A stretch of DNA of 64,000 nt from Chrysomallon squamiferum. Taxonomy: Eukaryota > Animalia > Mollusca. This document shows, in pieces, positions 15,641-30,854 of the stretch. Below the pieces are notes generated by a model. It had not been told where the DNA came from and did no database searches. It saw only the letters and a list, made by a program, of their open reading frames with translations. The DNA lies in contig CM022665.1 in the NCBI GenBank assembly GCA_012295275.1, positions 37,758,001 to 37,822,000 on the forward strand, in the 5' to 3' direction. Both the position numbers and the translations under genes were made by a program. Numbering within the stretch: the first letter of the stretch is position 1; every line of letters starts with the position of its first letter.

Positions 15641-16247
15641 ACGGTAGCGTTTTAATAAACTGAAATTAAATTTATTAAAAAATATATATATATAAAAAAA
15701 AATAAGAATTTCTAAAATATTACTCCCTTCTTAATATGGATCTACACCGATAAATAAAAACATTTTTATTACAGAAGAAATGGTCGTGTATTTTTTTTTT
15801 AAAAAAATTTTAAATTTAAATGATCGCTAATGTTCAGATATTTGTTGGATAATGAGAAAATACTGACGGACTGATATATTATTATGTTGAGTCTACTGTG
15901 TCACAATGATCCGGTGTCCTCTTGGACACGAACTCTCGCTGTGAATTGGTTATTTAAGTGCGCAGTTTCTTCACACATTTTAACTACGCAGTTATTAATA
16001 TAATCTCGATTAATTTTTTTTTTTTTTTTTTCATTTTTCGGCACATCTCCAGTTTTTCTGACATGAATAGAATATTCTGACATATCGCGATCTCACACGA
16101 AAGTCAAATGTCATGCAATACAGGCCAGAGCATGAGAAATATCAGTGGGTGTTGTTGTATGTATCTTTTTATCGTTTTTGTGCATGAAAAACTGAGTCAT
16201 AGAGACTGATGTGTACAGAGTACGATGGAGAAAAAGATACTTTATTT

Positions 16248-16363
<116 letters not shown>

Positions 16364-18228
16364 GCACTGGTAAAACAATGGGTGGGAATGGGAATTCAAC
16401 GACAGTTACGCAAGGGAAAAAAATCAGACTGATGTCTACGTAAATTTGCATGTATTAATTTCTGGTACCTTTTGAATAATATATTTCCAGCGAACCCCAA
16501 AAGATAATGAATTAATTAATTAATGTATGCATCAGAAGATATTTCTAATATTAACCGTTGTTAAAAATGATCAGTCTTATAAGGGAGAAAATTCAGTGTT
16601 ACTGTTATGGGGAGGGAAGCACGTACCTCGGCTTTCTTGATAAGCAGATTCCTCTCTCTCTTTATCATTTGTACATAATACAAATACACACAGACACAGA
16701 CACACACAGACAGACTCACAGTCACACATATTACAGATTATTATGCACGTCCTCCTTTCTCCAACCCCAAACCCTGATTCCTTCCTTGATACTGAATATT
16801 TTACCTGTTTTTTTTTTCGTGTGCCAGCACTTCGCCCTGCCCCACGCGTTCTCTCGGCGTGCGTGTTTATCTTCATAGTTTTACTAGTTTAATATCTGAT
16901 AACATTTATTACCTTCAGGTGCGCGGCAGTCGTAGCTTTCTCAATTAACGGTGTCATTATAATTAGTAAAACATAGCACAGGCCCGAAACTCGTGGCTTC
17001 CAGATAACCCCAACCGACATATAAAAATATAACTGCATGGCGATTATAAATTTATTTGAAAAGTTGGCTAAAAATATCGCCGAGATTATACTCGTTCTAA
17101 TATTAGGGGTGTTAACTTTGTGATGAAGAAAAATAAAGATGATAGATACAAGAAAATTTTCATTTTTAAAAAAATGTCCTCGGTGAGGTCGGAACGGAAT
17201 GTTTTTGAAACGTAAACAATACGTTGACTTTGTCCAGATTATCGGCCACCATTGCAGGGTTAAAAATGTTAGAAATGTAATTACTCTCCATACTAAGTAC
17301 TGATAAATCTAGATTATACCGGAGAATATTTATTGGTTTAACGTGCCAAATCTGATCAAAGGCTGGATTATGTGGGTAGATATATCAATAAAAAAAAAAA
17401 TAAAAAAAAAATAAATAAAGATTATTGAAACTTTCCTGACAATGAAACACATTATTCTGAGAAGATTTAAAAGTCAATAAACAAATGCAGCTTTGAATTA
17501 AAATAAATCGTACTAAATATATATATCATTTCGTTTTTGGTCCGATCCGATCGAATTCAATTTTCATCCGAATTCAAACTGTCAAATCCGAGCATTTCGT
17601 TTAGCGTATTTCCATTCTAATATTCAGTTCATTCGTTTCTTTTTCAATCATTTCTTTATTTTTTTTTTCCCCTTCATTCCTTTCCTTCATTCCTTTCCTA
17701 CATTCTTCAACTTCGTTTAGTTCGTTATTTCCACGCTGACTGAGGCTGTTTTGTTGTTTTTGTTCATTCACCTCTCTTCTAATTTTAAGTGTTCAAGGCT
17801 AACAGATAATGAACCTAGCAAAATGTAAAAATAAATAAGCTTACAGCAGTGAGTCACACGATAAAAAGACATGGAGATTTGTTATCATCTTTTTTCTTTC
17901 TTTTTTTAATATTAACTAGCAGTAGCAGTTGTAGAACACTTAAAATGCTGAAGTTAAAAAAAAAAAAGAAGAAAAAAGGTTACACCCACGCTTACGAAAA
18001 CTGAGATAAATAGCAAATTTTCGACAGATGGTAAAGTGTGCTTACAGGACTTGCTAAAAATAAGAGCAGGAAAAAACAGTTTGTTTACAAAACATATAGT
18101 AAACAAACAGAATGATAAAGATAACTAACGAGCGGGCATGTGACTATACCATTCAAGCATTAAATGATGATGGAAATAGAATTGGAAGCGAACCAGTCTC
18201 AAGAACAGATCCAGCTATTTTAATTCTC

Positions 18229-18306
<78 letters not shown>

Positions 18307-19059
18307 AGTCTTTCTCTCTCTCTCTCTCACACTCTCTGTCTATTTTTTTCTATGACTGTATGTCTTTCCCTCTCTTTTCGAATATTGAAACCTGCCACAG
18401 TTACGTGACTGATAAAGCAAAATGTTATTTGTGGTGTCGGCTTTCAAGTGAACTAACGTAACGTTTTACTCGACACACTGATTTGCCATGATAATATCGT
18501 CTCTGATTTCACAGAAATGAGTAAGTGATAGCAGAAATGAACAGTTTTGTACGTTCGCCAATATGATTAGACTCGCAGTTTAAAAACATGTCAATTCATA
18601 AGTACAATTTTAAAACTACGTGTAGGCAATTTTTACTTTAAAAACAACAACAACAACAACAACAATACAAACAAACAAACAAACTTTGCCAAGTGAATTA
18701 AATTTACATTCAGCTGATATTAATTCAAAATACGTTCATACGTATATACATACATACAGCAGTACTTTTAATACTAAAACTGAGCGGAAATTTGTATGTT
18801 GCCCAAAAATGATTAAACTTATATTTAACACATTTTCAGTTCAAGATAATAATGTCACAACTAGTTTTGATACCAGTAAAATTTAGCATCAGATCCAAAT
18901 ATGAACGTATCTACATACGTTTGGCAAAGTTATTAACTTTTCATCTGAACACTTGCTTTCAACCTGTTTCATAAACAAGAAAACATTTTAGATTAGGTTT
19001 TTTTTCTCAGAGTTATTTTAACATCTATCTGCTTTTGTAACTATGATTTATGAAAACTA

Positions 19060-19200
19060 ACAGTGAAAGTTATTACTGATAGTTACTTTCACACTGACTG
19101 ATAGTGGAAGATAATTATAGATATTGGCTCACCCACTGACTCACCGACAGTGGAAGATAATTTTAAATATTTTTCTCATTCATTGCCTCACTGACAGATG
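19060..19200 (+). repeat. Short ~45-bp tandem repeat, about 3 diverged units
   Basis: (C)AGTG(G/A)AAG(A/T)TA recurs at ~19071, ~19103 and ~19149, each followed by a CTCAC/CACTGAC-like tail. Confidence 0.5.
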
Positions 19201-19555
19201 TGTTTATGTATTTACCGCCTGACTAATTCTGTGATTCACTTGTTTCATTCATTCAGTACTCGTTGATTTAATCTTTAAGTGACTCATTAGATTCATTCAT
19301 ACAAGGTAACTTCTCGACAAAAACCAACACATATTTTCTCCCACACAATATCACTTTTTTTTAAAACTCCGTTTCTCTTTTCCTTCTGTGTGTTTCGTTT
19401 TCTGTTTGAATAGCTATGTTCTTTTTGAGTTCATTATTTTCATTTACATTAATTTGTATCTAAATATATAGGTGTGTGTGTGTGTCTGTGTTTGTGTGTA
19501 TACGTACACAGGAGCACGTATATAGAAGGATATACCAACTTATACACATATCTAA

Positions 19556-19590
<35 letters not shown>

Positions 19591-20381
19591 TATACATACA
19601 AACATACATAGAAACATACATACATATATACATACATATATACATACATACATACATGCATTCATACATATAATCAATCATACATACATAAACACATGCA
19701 TATACAATACTATATAGATAAACAGACAAGCAAGCAAACAGGTAGACAGACAGCAGACAGACAATGATGTCCAAATGTCCAAATATATATCTGACATTTT
19801 GTTTTTGACATACATACATATATACATATAGTTATATATATATATTATTGTTCACTAATATTAGCGTCTTTTTTTACAACACACACACACACACACACAA
19901 ACACATTGTTCAGTTCGTGTTGTAGATTATATTAACTGAGCTGATAAAACTGCTTATCTAACAACGGACTGTAGAAACGTGTCGCAGACGTTCCTAACTA
20001 AAACAGGTCGTGTGACCTCCACGTGTCACACAAACACTTTTCTTCTGTTTGAACAGTAGGCAGAAATGCAGGGAATCCGAACAATCTCCACCGAAAGGCC
20101 GAGAAATGTTAAAATGTCCGTCTACCCCGTAACCACCACCCGTTTCAAGATAAAGAGACAGATTGGCATGGCTTGTGTCAAATGTAAATCCTCTTTCACG
20201 CCTTAAACAGTCATTATTGTTGAATGTTTACTGTTGTAAGTACTGTTAAGAGCAGGTGATGATTTGGGGTTTAGAGACAGTATTTGTGGTTTGTGGTTTC
20301 ACAATGATAGATGTGGTGTACTAACGCAGCGATTCGGATGAACTTTCATCTGACCTCATCGATTATATCACTCTTTGTTGT

Positions 20382-20422
<41 letters not shown>

Positions 20423-20551
20423 ATTATTATTATTATTATTAACTAATAATCACAGTTTTTAATAATTAACTATGAATTTTGTTCTTGCACTTCTTTTTCT
20501 TCTTCTTCCTCTTATAATATTAATAGTGATACTCCAACTACTACAACTACA

Positions 20552-20582
<31 letters not shown>

Positions 20583-20583
20583 A

Positions 20584-20649
<66 letters not shown>

Positions 20650-21389
20650 ACGTTTTCTTAAAAAAGTTACATCGTTTTAATTTCCTCCAGGCGATATAGT
20701 CTGATACATGTGCTAAAATAAGAAAAGTGTCATGTAGAAAATACTTTCTGTCACGTGATAAAATGTCAGACGACTGCACTAATTTAGCATTGGAAATGTG
20801 ATATTAATTTTAGTTTGTCAGTAAATGTGCATCGTAAATGTGCAGTTTTTCCTTCCGGATATTGCTAATTTAACTGAAATGTCTCATAATATCATGAATA
20901 CGGAAAAATGCGTCAAAAGTATTACCCAATACGGAAACAAGGTTAATAATGCCGACTGAAATTAGTACTATTTTCGTATTACAAAGAACTTTAAATATTC
21001 ACCCGCTAAAAGTAAAACAATATTATAACAATAAACATTTTTAATGTCTTTTAAAAGTATTATAACCGAAAGGTATTAAGCGTAAGTGACATTTAACTAC
21101 ATCAGTTTCTTAAAATGGAAACAAAATAGTCAGCTCGAATGCTATTTGAAGTAAAATGCATGTAATAACACTGTTGTCCTTTCGTCTTTCAGACACATTT
21201 AGAAAGAACTTTAAGAAATTATTCTGATAAAAAATACTGTTTTCTTTACAATAAGAGTAGAAGTCTGAAAACCCGAACATTTAAAAAAAAAAAAAAAAAA
21301 AAAAAAAATTCTGACGCATGTTTACACAGACGTCAACTGACTGTTCGTGAATAAAACAAATTTCGATAATGAGAAGCTGAATTAAGTTT

Positions 21390-21413
21390 TGTATGCTGTA
21401 TGTATGCATATAA

Positions 21414-21458
<45 letters not shown>

Positions 21459-21580
21459 GTGTGTGTGTGTATATATGTGTGTGTGTGTGTATATATGTGT
21501 GTGTATGTGTGTGTGTGTGTGTGATTATATGTGTGTGTGTGTATATGTGTGTGTGTGTATATATATGTGTGTATATATGT

Positions 21581-21630
<50 letters not shown>

Positions 21631-21740
21631 ACATATCTGTATATATGAGGGAGGATGGCTATGCGTTATGTATATGTATTTGTATATATCTGCATATATA
21701 TGTTTGTATATGTGTCTGTGTATGTATGTATGGGTGTGAA
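21390..21740 (+). repeat. Compound (TG)n/(TA)n microsatellite
   Basis: About 350 bp of alternating purine-pyrimidine repeats; it accounts for the V/C/Y-rich spurious ORFs here. Confidence 0.95.
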
Positions 21741-21849
21741 GTTAACTAGATGATGAGTTTGTCCAACTGCTTATATGTGTTTCTTTTCAGGCAGTTTTCA
21801 AATTTCTATCAAGAGCAGCAATACGACTTTCGCGATGAAGCACCTAGAG

Positions 21850-22142
21850 CATAGGTTTTCAACCTGGGGCTCGGCAGGCTTTTTTCTGGAGGTCACGAGA
21901 TCGTTCTTGAGCGAGGGTATGTTTTAGGTTTTTTCATCTTGACTTGGAAGGAGGAATAAATAAAAACGTAGAGATAGGTTTGGGACCTGTCATAGTGAAT
22001 ACAGATTCCTTTTGTACTGTCTTTGGTTGATGAAAAATATGGTAACCCCAGATATTATTCAATCAAAAATTTTAAAGGGGGTCTTCGGTCATATTGAGTT
22101 GCTCATAAGGGGTCGCGGTATGAAAAAGGTTGAAAACCAGTG
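21850..22142. mobile_element. hAT (Charlie/Buster-type) MITE, 293 bp
   Basis: TIRs CATAGGTTTTCAACCT and AGGTTGAAAACCAGTG match at 14/16 positions. A perfect 8-bp target-site duplication ACCTAGAG with central TA sits at 21842-21849 and 22143-22150. No ORF. Confidence 0.88.
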
Positions 22143-24638
22143 ACCTAGAGTCTTTCTGTTACACACAGACGCAACTCATGTAAGCGTGTATCAGTTTTTC
22201 TTTAAGACACCAACCCAGATCATATAGAGTTGCCAAATAATTTAAACTGTTGCCAGTTCAAGAAGCGAAGCCAGAAAGATATCTATCTAGTCGTTCAATG
22301 AGTAAATAATTATCTATTACTCTACATACCTGTTGACATGTCAAGTCTGTTCGCGAAGATAATTACATGTATGGACGTATATAAGTTCTTTAAGTTCTTA
22401 CTCTCCGTTCAGGCGACATGATCAGAAATACCAGAGCGATTCCCTTTAACTCTTCACCCGCTTTGAGACTACAATGACATAGCTTGTTATAGCATGATGT
22501 AGGAATGTGTCACGGATGGATGTCGTTAGTATGGGATATATTTGTACTCTCATTTCTCGTTCAGTACATAAAATACATAAATAACACACATACACACACA
22601 CACACGCACACACACACACACACATATATATACGTATACGTCATTAAAAGTAGATATAATGACTGTTTCGACGATAATGCCAATTACGACCATTGCCATT
22701 GCTGTACCTACGATTTCTGTCAATATCACTAACACTATTGCTTCCACCACTACTACCACTACTGCCACCATCACTACTACTATAACTGCTACTACAACTA
22801 CCACTATTATATATATATGTTTTCTCCAAAAAAACAAAAAAAAATTAAATTTTTAAAATTAATGACGGGAGGAAAAGGAAAAGGTGAATAAACGAGAGTG
22901 CAAAAAAAAATAGAAATCGCATGTGAAACGAAATCCTATCTACAAATAGCTCGGAATTCTGATGTACCGATTACTGTTATACATGGGTATGCTGTTTGTG
23001 TATATTTTATTTTCGGAAAAAAAAAAAAAAAAAAAAAAAAAGAAAATTAATTAAAAATTAAGATAGAGCACATTTTATATATAAAGACTTCACCCTATGC
23101 ACTGGACCTCTGTCGCGCTTGTGTATTCTACATGTGTTCCGCAGCTGTTTCCGAAAAAATGTGCTGCGTATTTTTTAAGAAGCACAGGTTTTAAAACCCG
23201 GATTTGATTTCAAAGACAGAGAGCCAAAGAATTTGGAAATCTAATTACTAAAGTAAAAATTTTTGTGGAAGTCATCGTTTCATTCATCAATTTTTGAGAG
23301 CCGGGCTTTTATCAACATCAGCTAAATATAGAAACCAGCTGTTAGTACGTTACTCTGTAGTCGTTTAAAACATAAATCCACGTGAAGCGACAGATGTTTT
23401 GCAACACGTGCAGGCATGCCGAAACAAGCCTAATTGAAATTCCATCAGAATTGCGCTCTTTTGGTCTCATTCATAGAAGTTGTTACTATGAGAAAGATTA
23501 GTATTACTATATATATTTTTTTTTAAAGTACATATGTCTGTGTATGTATCTGTTTGTATTTCCACTTATAACTGTCTGTCCTTCATTTTATGTTCATCCG
23601 TCCATCCATCACCCAAAACAGACCCACAGAGATAACTAGGTCTGTGAACGGATCTGAAGAAGTAAGAGAACGTGTTATCACTGTAACAATTAAAATAAAT
23701 CTAATATTAACATATAACTGTATAAAATATTATTCATTGTCTTCGGTAAAAAATCACGAATGTTGAAAAAAATGGGTTTTAAAATGGCGATTTAGAAAAG
23801 CAATTCTTTGCACTACAGTAAAGTTGTGTGTTGTTCTCATTCACTGGAATCGTGTATAAATCACATCCAAAAAAAATCTTCTTTTTAAAATATGTTTTGC
23901 TTATTTTAAAGTATATGCTATACAATTAAAACATTCCAGTCGTAGATGTGACGAAGACTCACGAATTTTTCCGATGTGCAACGATTTTCCCCGATTTTGT
24001 CAGTCATCGTTGTCATTGATAAAGGACTGCATGGAAGTAAACCATCTTGAACAACATTCCTCAGAACCACTTCTCGGTGAATCAAAACACGACCATATGT
24101 TGATAGGTGAATGAACTTTGTAACAGCCGTAAGAAGGAAACATTTTGTTTACACTTCCAATTAAATGTTACTGCTGACTAACTTAGATTAAATGCATGCT
24201 ATTTCCAAAATAAGAGTTGTTGTTTTTCTCCCTTGACTACGACAAGAACATTTCACCCGCTCTCTAAAAACATTAAGATCAAATGACCAAAGTAAAAATA
24301 TATATTAGTAACGATTTCCTATATTCACATCAAGACCTTTAATGGTAAATGTTTGCTATGATTTTTAATAATAAATATACGCCATGCAGCTTAAAGTCTC
24401 TCTGTGGATAAAATATAGGGTGGAATATAATTATTATAAGAAATGCACTATCTTTTGTATGTAGTTGGGTAATGACATTCGGAATTCCGTTTAGAAAAGT
24501 AGTCATAAATTGTCTTCTAGTGACAGAGGTTTCCCAGAATGTGCAGGCATGTTTCAAATAACTCCTCAAAATTCCAGTCACAGGCATATCACGGAAAATC
24601 TGCATAATGTATTAGGCCATTAGGAAGGGAAAAAACAC

Positions 24639-24764
<126 letters not shown>

Positions 24765-25154
24765 CATACAATATTTAAAAAAATGAACCAACTGTTCTTT
24801 GTTTTACATAATCATATTAATTTCGTTTATTCGATATTGTGACAGAATTAGCACTAAACCCCAGGTGTTACTTAACAAACATAAACTGTCGAAGTAAACA
24901 TCGAAATAGAAGACTAAAGGTTTTTGGAAGACGCCGGAAACTGTCAGTCTTAGAATACAATACAGCTATAAGGAAAGACTGCAGGTTATAAAATGATTAT
25001 TTAAAACAGAATAAATAGATCGCCCAAACGAAATCATTTGAATTGCTGGAAAAGTAACAGTGTTCTAAAATGACAACGAAAGATCGGAATGACCTAATAG
25101 CAATGTACTAACCAAAACATTTAACTTTTTTTTTTTTTTTTCTTTTTTTTTTTC

Positions 25155-25352
25155 TTGCCCATTTTCTTCATGTAGCATTCAAATAAATATAAATATAAAA
25201 TGTTATAATATAATTAAAATAAATAATGTATCCCAGACTTCCAAAGAGAAAAGTACCAGTTAAACTGTACAACAACGTATTCCTTCGAATGTGACCAATA
25301 TAAAAAGAACAAAACAAAACGCAATAGAAATGACAAATTTTGACGGTGGTAC
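25155..25352 (+). repeat. Dispersed repeat, block A (copy 1)
   Basis: Aligns by eye with 32077-32275; shares CCAGACTTCCAAAGAGAAAA, ACAACAACGTATT and ATAGAAATGACAAATTTT. Confidence 0.85.
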
Positions 25353-28300
25353 ACATATAATGGCATAATGTTTACCAAATAATTTGTAATATATTTGTTA
25401 AGTATCATGTATCACTTAGCAAAATATACGTTTGTGTCTTTTATTTTGTTGATGTTTGTGTTTATACGTTTGTACTTATTATGCTTAGTACATTTAGATC
25501 CATCTAAAAAACAATTGTTTGGTTTTTTTTTTTTTTTTTAAAATCAAAATGGGTTTTAAAAAAAAAAAGGAAAGAAAGAAGAAAACAGACAAACTTTTAT
25601 TACGTAAAGTACATGACATTTAATAAAAATGCGGGAAATGAAAGCTACCAAACACCTAAGGCTGGAATGCATTTCAAGTAACGTATTCTCGGTGTTGCCA
25701 TAAACTGTTATTTGCCGATTGCCAACACCGATAGGCCAGCAGCACATATCAGCAGGAAGTTTATCAAAACCGCGTCCTTGTTGTTTAGCGTGACGCCAGG
25801 TGATACGAACCGAAAACTCGACCATTAATAGACGCTCGGTGTTTGCCAGAGCCTATAACTCATCATACGTACCATATGCCAATTCATAAAATATTATTCT
25901 CTATTTTGACAGCAGGTAGTTTTTTTATTTTGTTTTTTATGTATGCACTTCCTGCTGCACCGACTGCATCATGCCAAAAGTCGTTACCATCTGTTCATCA
26001 TCGTTTGCATTTTCGGCGTCGTTCGGATTCGCAACGCACGTACAAAACCTATGTTTGATTATTTTACACTTATTGATGCACTGGGCTATGGGCATTCTTC
26101 AAGCATCGTGCATGCAGTCGTTCAGGAGCAAATAATTCCTGCAGTGTTGAATTCTTGCAGGTTATTTCGTTCCTGAATGAGTCTTTGATTTGGTGTGTGA
26201 ATATCACTTTATACTCACTTCTCCGTCGTAAACACGAAACATCAGTCACTGCGCGTTCTTGGATCAGCTCAGTGAAAAGCTCTTTGGCAGTTATAGCGAG
26301 CCATGTAGAACGTCGCAAACGAAATTGCGTAAAGTATCAACAACGCATTTGACTGGAAATAAAAGACACAATAAGACCTATCCTACCTGTTATCGTAGTT
26401 TGCACGAAGGAACACAAAAAGCCTTGTGACGAAAATATCTGACTCACCAGGCATAACGATAGACTTTAAGATCAATAGCCTTTTTTATAATGTGTACAGC
26501 GCATTAACAGCTTTGTCTGTTTTCTATATTACTTTATTAAAACATGATAGCGACAGTTCTTCATAAAAGTTTATCAGCTTCAGCGAATACTCTTGGGCCA
26601 TCTCATCCCATACGTAAAACTAGCTTTATAGAACATCTTCCTTTAAAACAAATAGCATTATCAAAGCGATTATATCTCATAATGGTTTATCTAGACAAAT
26701 ACTCACAAACGGAGAAACGTACAAACTCGAGTATAATAAATAAGATAATTGATAAAGTGGCGTGCCCCGGCTAGTTATCGCTTTCCGGAATGGGAAAAAC
26801 ATACGTGTTTTGTAATCAATCTGTTCGACTGAGACAATGACCCTTCTTGAGGTCAGACGATAAAAGGAAGCTATTTGACCTCGCATGGCACGTGCCCAGG
26901 ATTGACACTATCTGTGAAGAATGTAAAATATTCACGTATTTAAATGTAAATTATGCGTGCAGCTTATTCGTTTTTAATCAGAGAAATTTGTTTTCACATT
27001 CCAGTAGATAAAGACAGATTGTTTGGATACGATTGTCCGGGAAATGATCCTTTGATGACGATAAGAGAACAATGGATCTCTAGTAGCTGTTACAATACAC
27101 GTAGTTGTTAACAGTGTAAAATGTATTACTACCTTCTTCTTCTTCTTCAGACCAATTATCAGCAGTTTATTCATCATCCTCACTCCCATTGGAAACACCA
27201 GTAAATGTATTGTGTACTATGCTGCCCTAGAACGATCTCAGATTGATTGTGATAGTTATATTTTATAATTTTTTATTGTTTACTCCAATAAATTCTTTAT
27301 TCATTAAAATTCGTTTATTATTATTCTAAACTCTTAGTTATTTAGGCCGAAGGCCAAAGTAGCGTAGCTTTTAAAATTGTTATAAAATATAATATTTGTT
27401 CTTTAATATTGTAATGAACTGATTAACAAACAACATTTTCAGTTCATTGAAGTTATAAAATACAGTGGTTAGATTATATTACTGAAATTAAAAACCTCTA
27501 GATGCACCACTTTAACGATCTTACTGCGAGCATAATAATTATTCTATTTAGATACTCGTGATAATTTTGACAGCAATGCTCTGTTTTAGTTAAGACACAC
27601 ACATATAAAATCTGATGATAATAAGTAAATAGACTGCTTAAAGGCAGAGTCAAACGAACTGAAGATTCAGTGAATAACAAACATGTGGTAGTACTTCCAC
27701 TGGCCTTGCCTTCACCCAATTCCTGTTTTTCTTCTACATAATATATCCATGTAAACATATCTCATGAGCTGAAACAGATAAGATATTTCATACGGAGGGG
27801 TTCGACAAGGAAATTGGTATCCATTTTCCGGGAAAACGATGGCTGGTTTTCTTTCATTCATATAATCCATTAGCTGCTTTGCTTTGCGTGGAAAATGCAA
27901 AGGTTTTGTTAGAACAGGATCAGCTAAATACACTGGATGAATCTCGGAAATGCATTCGAACTGTTAGATGAAATCCTGCAAATAGATCATTCATACATTT
28001 ATCATCATTACCACTGTTGTTACTATTATCAAATTAAGAATAATAAGAACAACCATTACAGCAACCATTGTAAACTAATACTATTACAGGTATTACCAGA
28101 AATATGACTATCACCACGTCCAATACTACTACTATTACTACCATTGCCACTACTACTACTGCTACTACTACTGCTTCTACTGCAACTACTACTACTACTA
28201 CTACTTCTAATATTCCACTAGCAAACTACTTCTACTACCTCATCTACTACTAATACTGCTATTATTACTTATACTACTACTACTACTACTATCACTACTA

Positions 28301-28589
28301 ACACTACTGAAGCTGCTATCTCTACTGCAACAACGTTATTATTACATCTAGTGCTAATACTGTTACAATTAGTGTTATTGCTATGACTTTTCTATTACTA
28401 TTACTAGTAAACGTAATCACGTATTGCGATTTAGTTTAGAATTTTAAAAAACAAAACCTGAATCACTGCAGTAAGGTTTTCCTCTGTCAAACAAAAATTA
28501 ACTATCTTCTTCGTTTGTCTGGGTTGCATCTGCAGCTATCATCTTCTGTGATACGAAATTATACTGCAGTGTCCCTGTCATGATGTGAT

Positions 28590-28730
28590 GAATCGTGACA
28601 AATCATTTTAAATCGTTTCATTTCGTACAGAATCGTGTCAAATCGTTTCTTATCGTGTCGAATAGCGTCAAATCATTTTTTTTATCGCATTATATTGCAT
28701 CTAATATCATGTCATTAACATGTCAGTGTC
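28590..28730 (+). repeat. Degenerate 10-bp tandem repeat (AATCGTGTCA-like)
   Basis: aatcgtgaca aatcatttta aatcgtttca tttcgtacag aatcgtgtca aatcgtttct tatcgtgtcg aatagcgtca aatcattttt. Confidence 0.7.
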
Positions 28731-29515
28731 ATTGCTTGTTAAATACGCGAAATGATTTTGCGTCTTACTAAAACAGCCACTGAATTCTGAAAGTGCAAAA
28801 ACATTATTCAAAAAAACTATATTTTCAATATTGTTTCCGTATACTGACAACTCTTCTTCATCGGGAAGCACATAATGAACTTATGGTAACGATAACAGCT
28901 TGATAAATAAATTTAAAAAAAAATGGTTTACCTAACGTATAAGTCTATATATTGGTTATGAAAGCAAGGTAATATAACTCGCTTTACTGACGCGCCATAA
29001 TCTCATGCGACCTGTAACACACGCATTAAAATGTTTTCAGTAATTCTAGATTATAATGTGAAGCGCGTATCATTACGCAGTGGTCTGCGTGCTGTCAAAA
29101 GACATTAGAATTGCCTGGAACAGTTAGTGTCAGCACGTTTGAGTCATCTGTTGTATCTGAATTTATCAGATGCCACTTATAATGCAAACATGATGGAAAA
29201 ACAGTTTAAGATGTTGCTAAAACTATACAGCGCAGACGGAGAACCTGCCACCGTTGTGAACGTATAAAGAGCGCTTGAAACAAAACAGAGAAAAAATCCG
29301 CCGTCCAGAATTAGAACGTGTGTTAATATAAGCATTACAGTTGATGTAATCAGTTCACCGCGGTAACTGCAGAGTCGCAGTCTTAAAAGCACGTAGGGCC
29401 TGTTCAAAGTCATGTCGAAACATTTAAAAATCAAAAAGAAACTTTTGGAAGGATTTACTGGGGGGGAAAAAGTGTGTGTGTGTTTTTGTGTCTGTTATCA
29501 TTACCATAAGTGTGT

Positions 29516-29640
<125 letters not shown>

Positions 29641-30742
29641 TTTCAAAATGTGTAATAAAGGAAATAATATTAAAACGTTGATTTAGTTATAACGCTTTTT
29701 TTAATCATAGTACTCTTCCTGGTTTTCTTGATTTTTACATTCTCCTTCATTCTGTCTGTCCCTTTAGTTATGGGGAATTGGTGAATAAAACGGTTAATGG
29801 AAAGATGTATGGAGAGATGATGAACAGAAATATTAGTATTTTTCTGCCTTTATCTCATGATAAACGACACAACATTTGAATCTCTTTCATAACAAAGGAA
29901 ATAAATCTTTATTAACATTTTTTTCTTCAAATAACTGAAATGCATATGCATGCAAATCAAAGTCTGTAATATCACATTTTATAAGTCCAAGAGGGTAAAT
30001 AAAAACTAGTGCGTACATAGTACTCTCATGAAATATATATTTCTAACAGGTTTCACAATTAAATCAACCAACCACATACGTACATTTACAGTATGCCTTT
30101 TAATTAAATACTGCATTCTCAAGTGTGAATAACTATACGTTTCCTTTTGTTAAGAAAAGGTGAAAAGGGTTTCCTGAATAAACCGTAATACAGGAAAGGG
30201 CTGTCCATTACTATTACATCATCATCGTAAACACGTACACGAATACAAATTATAATATAGGTACGTGTATATTCACTAGTGTTTTTCCCAACTAATAAGC
30301 AAAATAAATAAAGGAAGTGAACAATAATACATAGACATTTCGAGTAGTTTTCTTTTTCTTTTTCATTTATTTATTTATTTATTTAGCTATTTCGTTAGTT
30401 AGTTAATTGTTTGCTTTTTTTGTTTTCTGCTTCTCTTACGTTCAGTTTACGATAGTTATCGTCTGTAAACAATTTATATCAGAGACAAATTGCCGAGCTT
30501 CTTGTAAGCAATGAAAAAGGAACCTACACAGGAGCGCATCCTAGTTTTAGAAAAGAGGAGACGATACCACTGTGGTGATATAAGGTTGCAGAGTGTATTT
30601 AATATATAAATGTTTCATTATTTACAAGAAAAAGAAAATGTCAAATAAAAAGTAATAGTTGCTGTAGTAGTAGCGGTAGTGGTAATAGTAGTAATATTAG
30701 CAGTAATTGTTGCAGCAGCAGCGGTAATGGTGTTAACATTCA

Positions 30743-30780
<38 letters not shown>

Positions 30781-30854
30781 ACAGTAGCAGTGGTAGTAGT
30801 AGTAGTAGTACTGGTAGCAATAGTAATGGTAATGCAGCAGCAGTGGTAGAGGTA

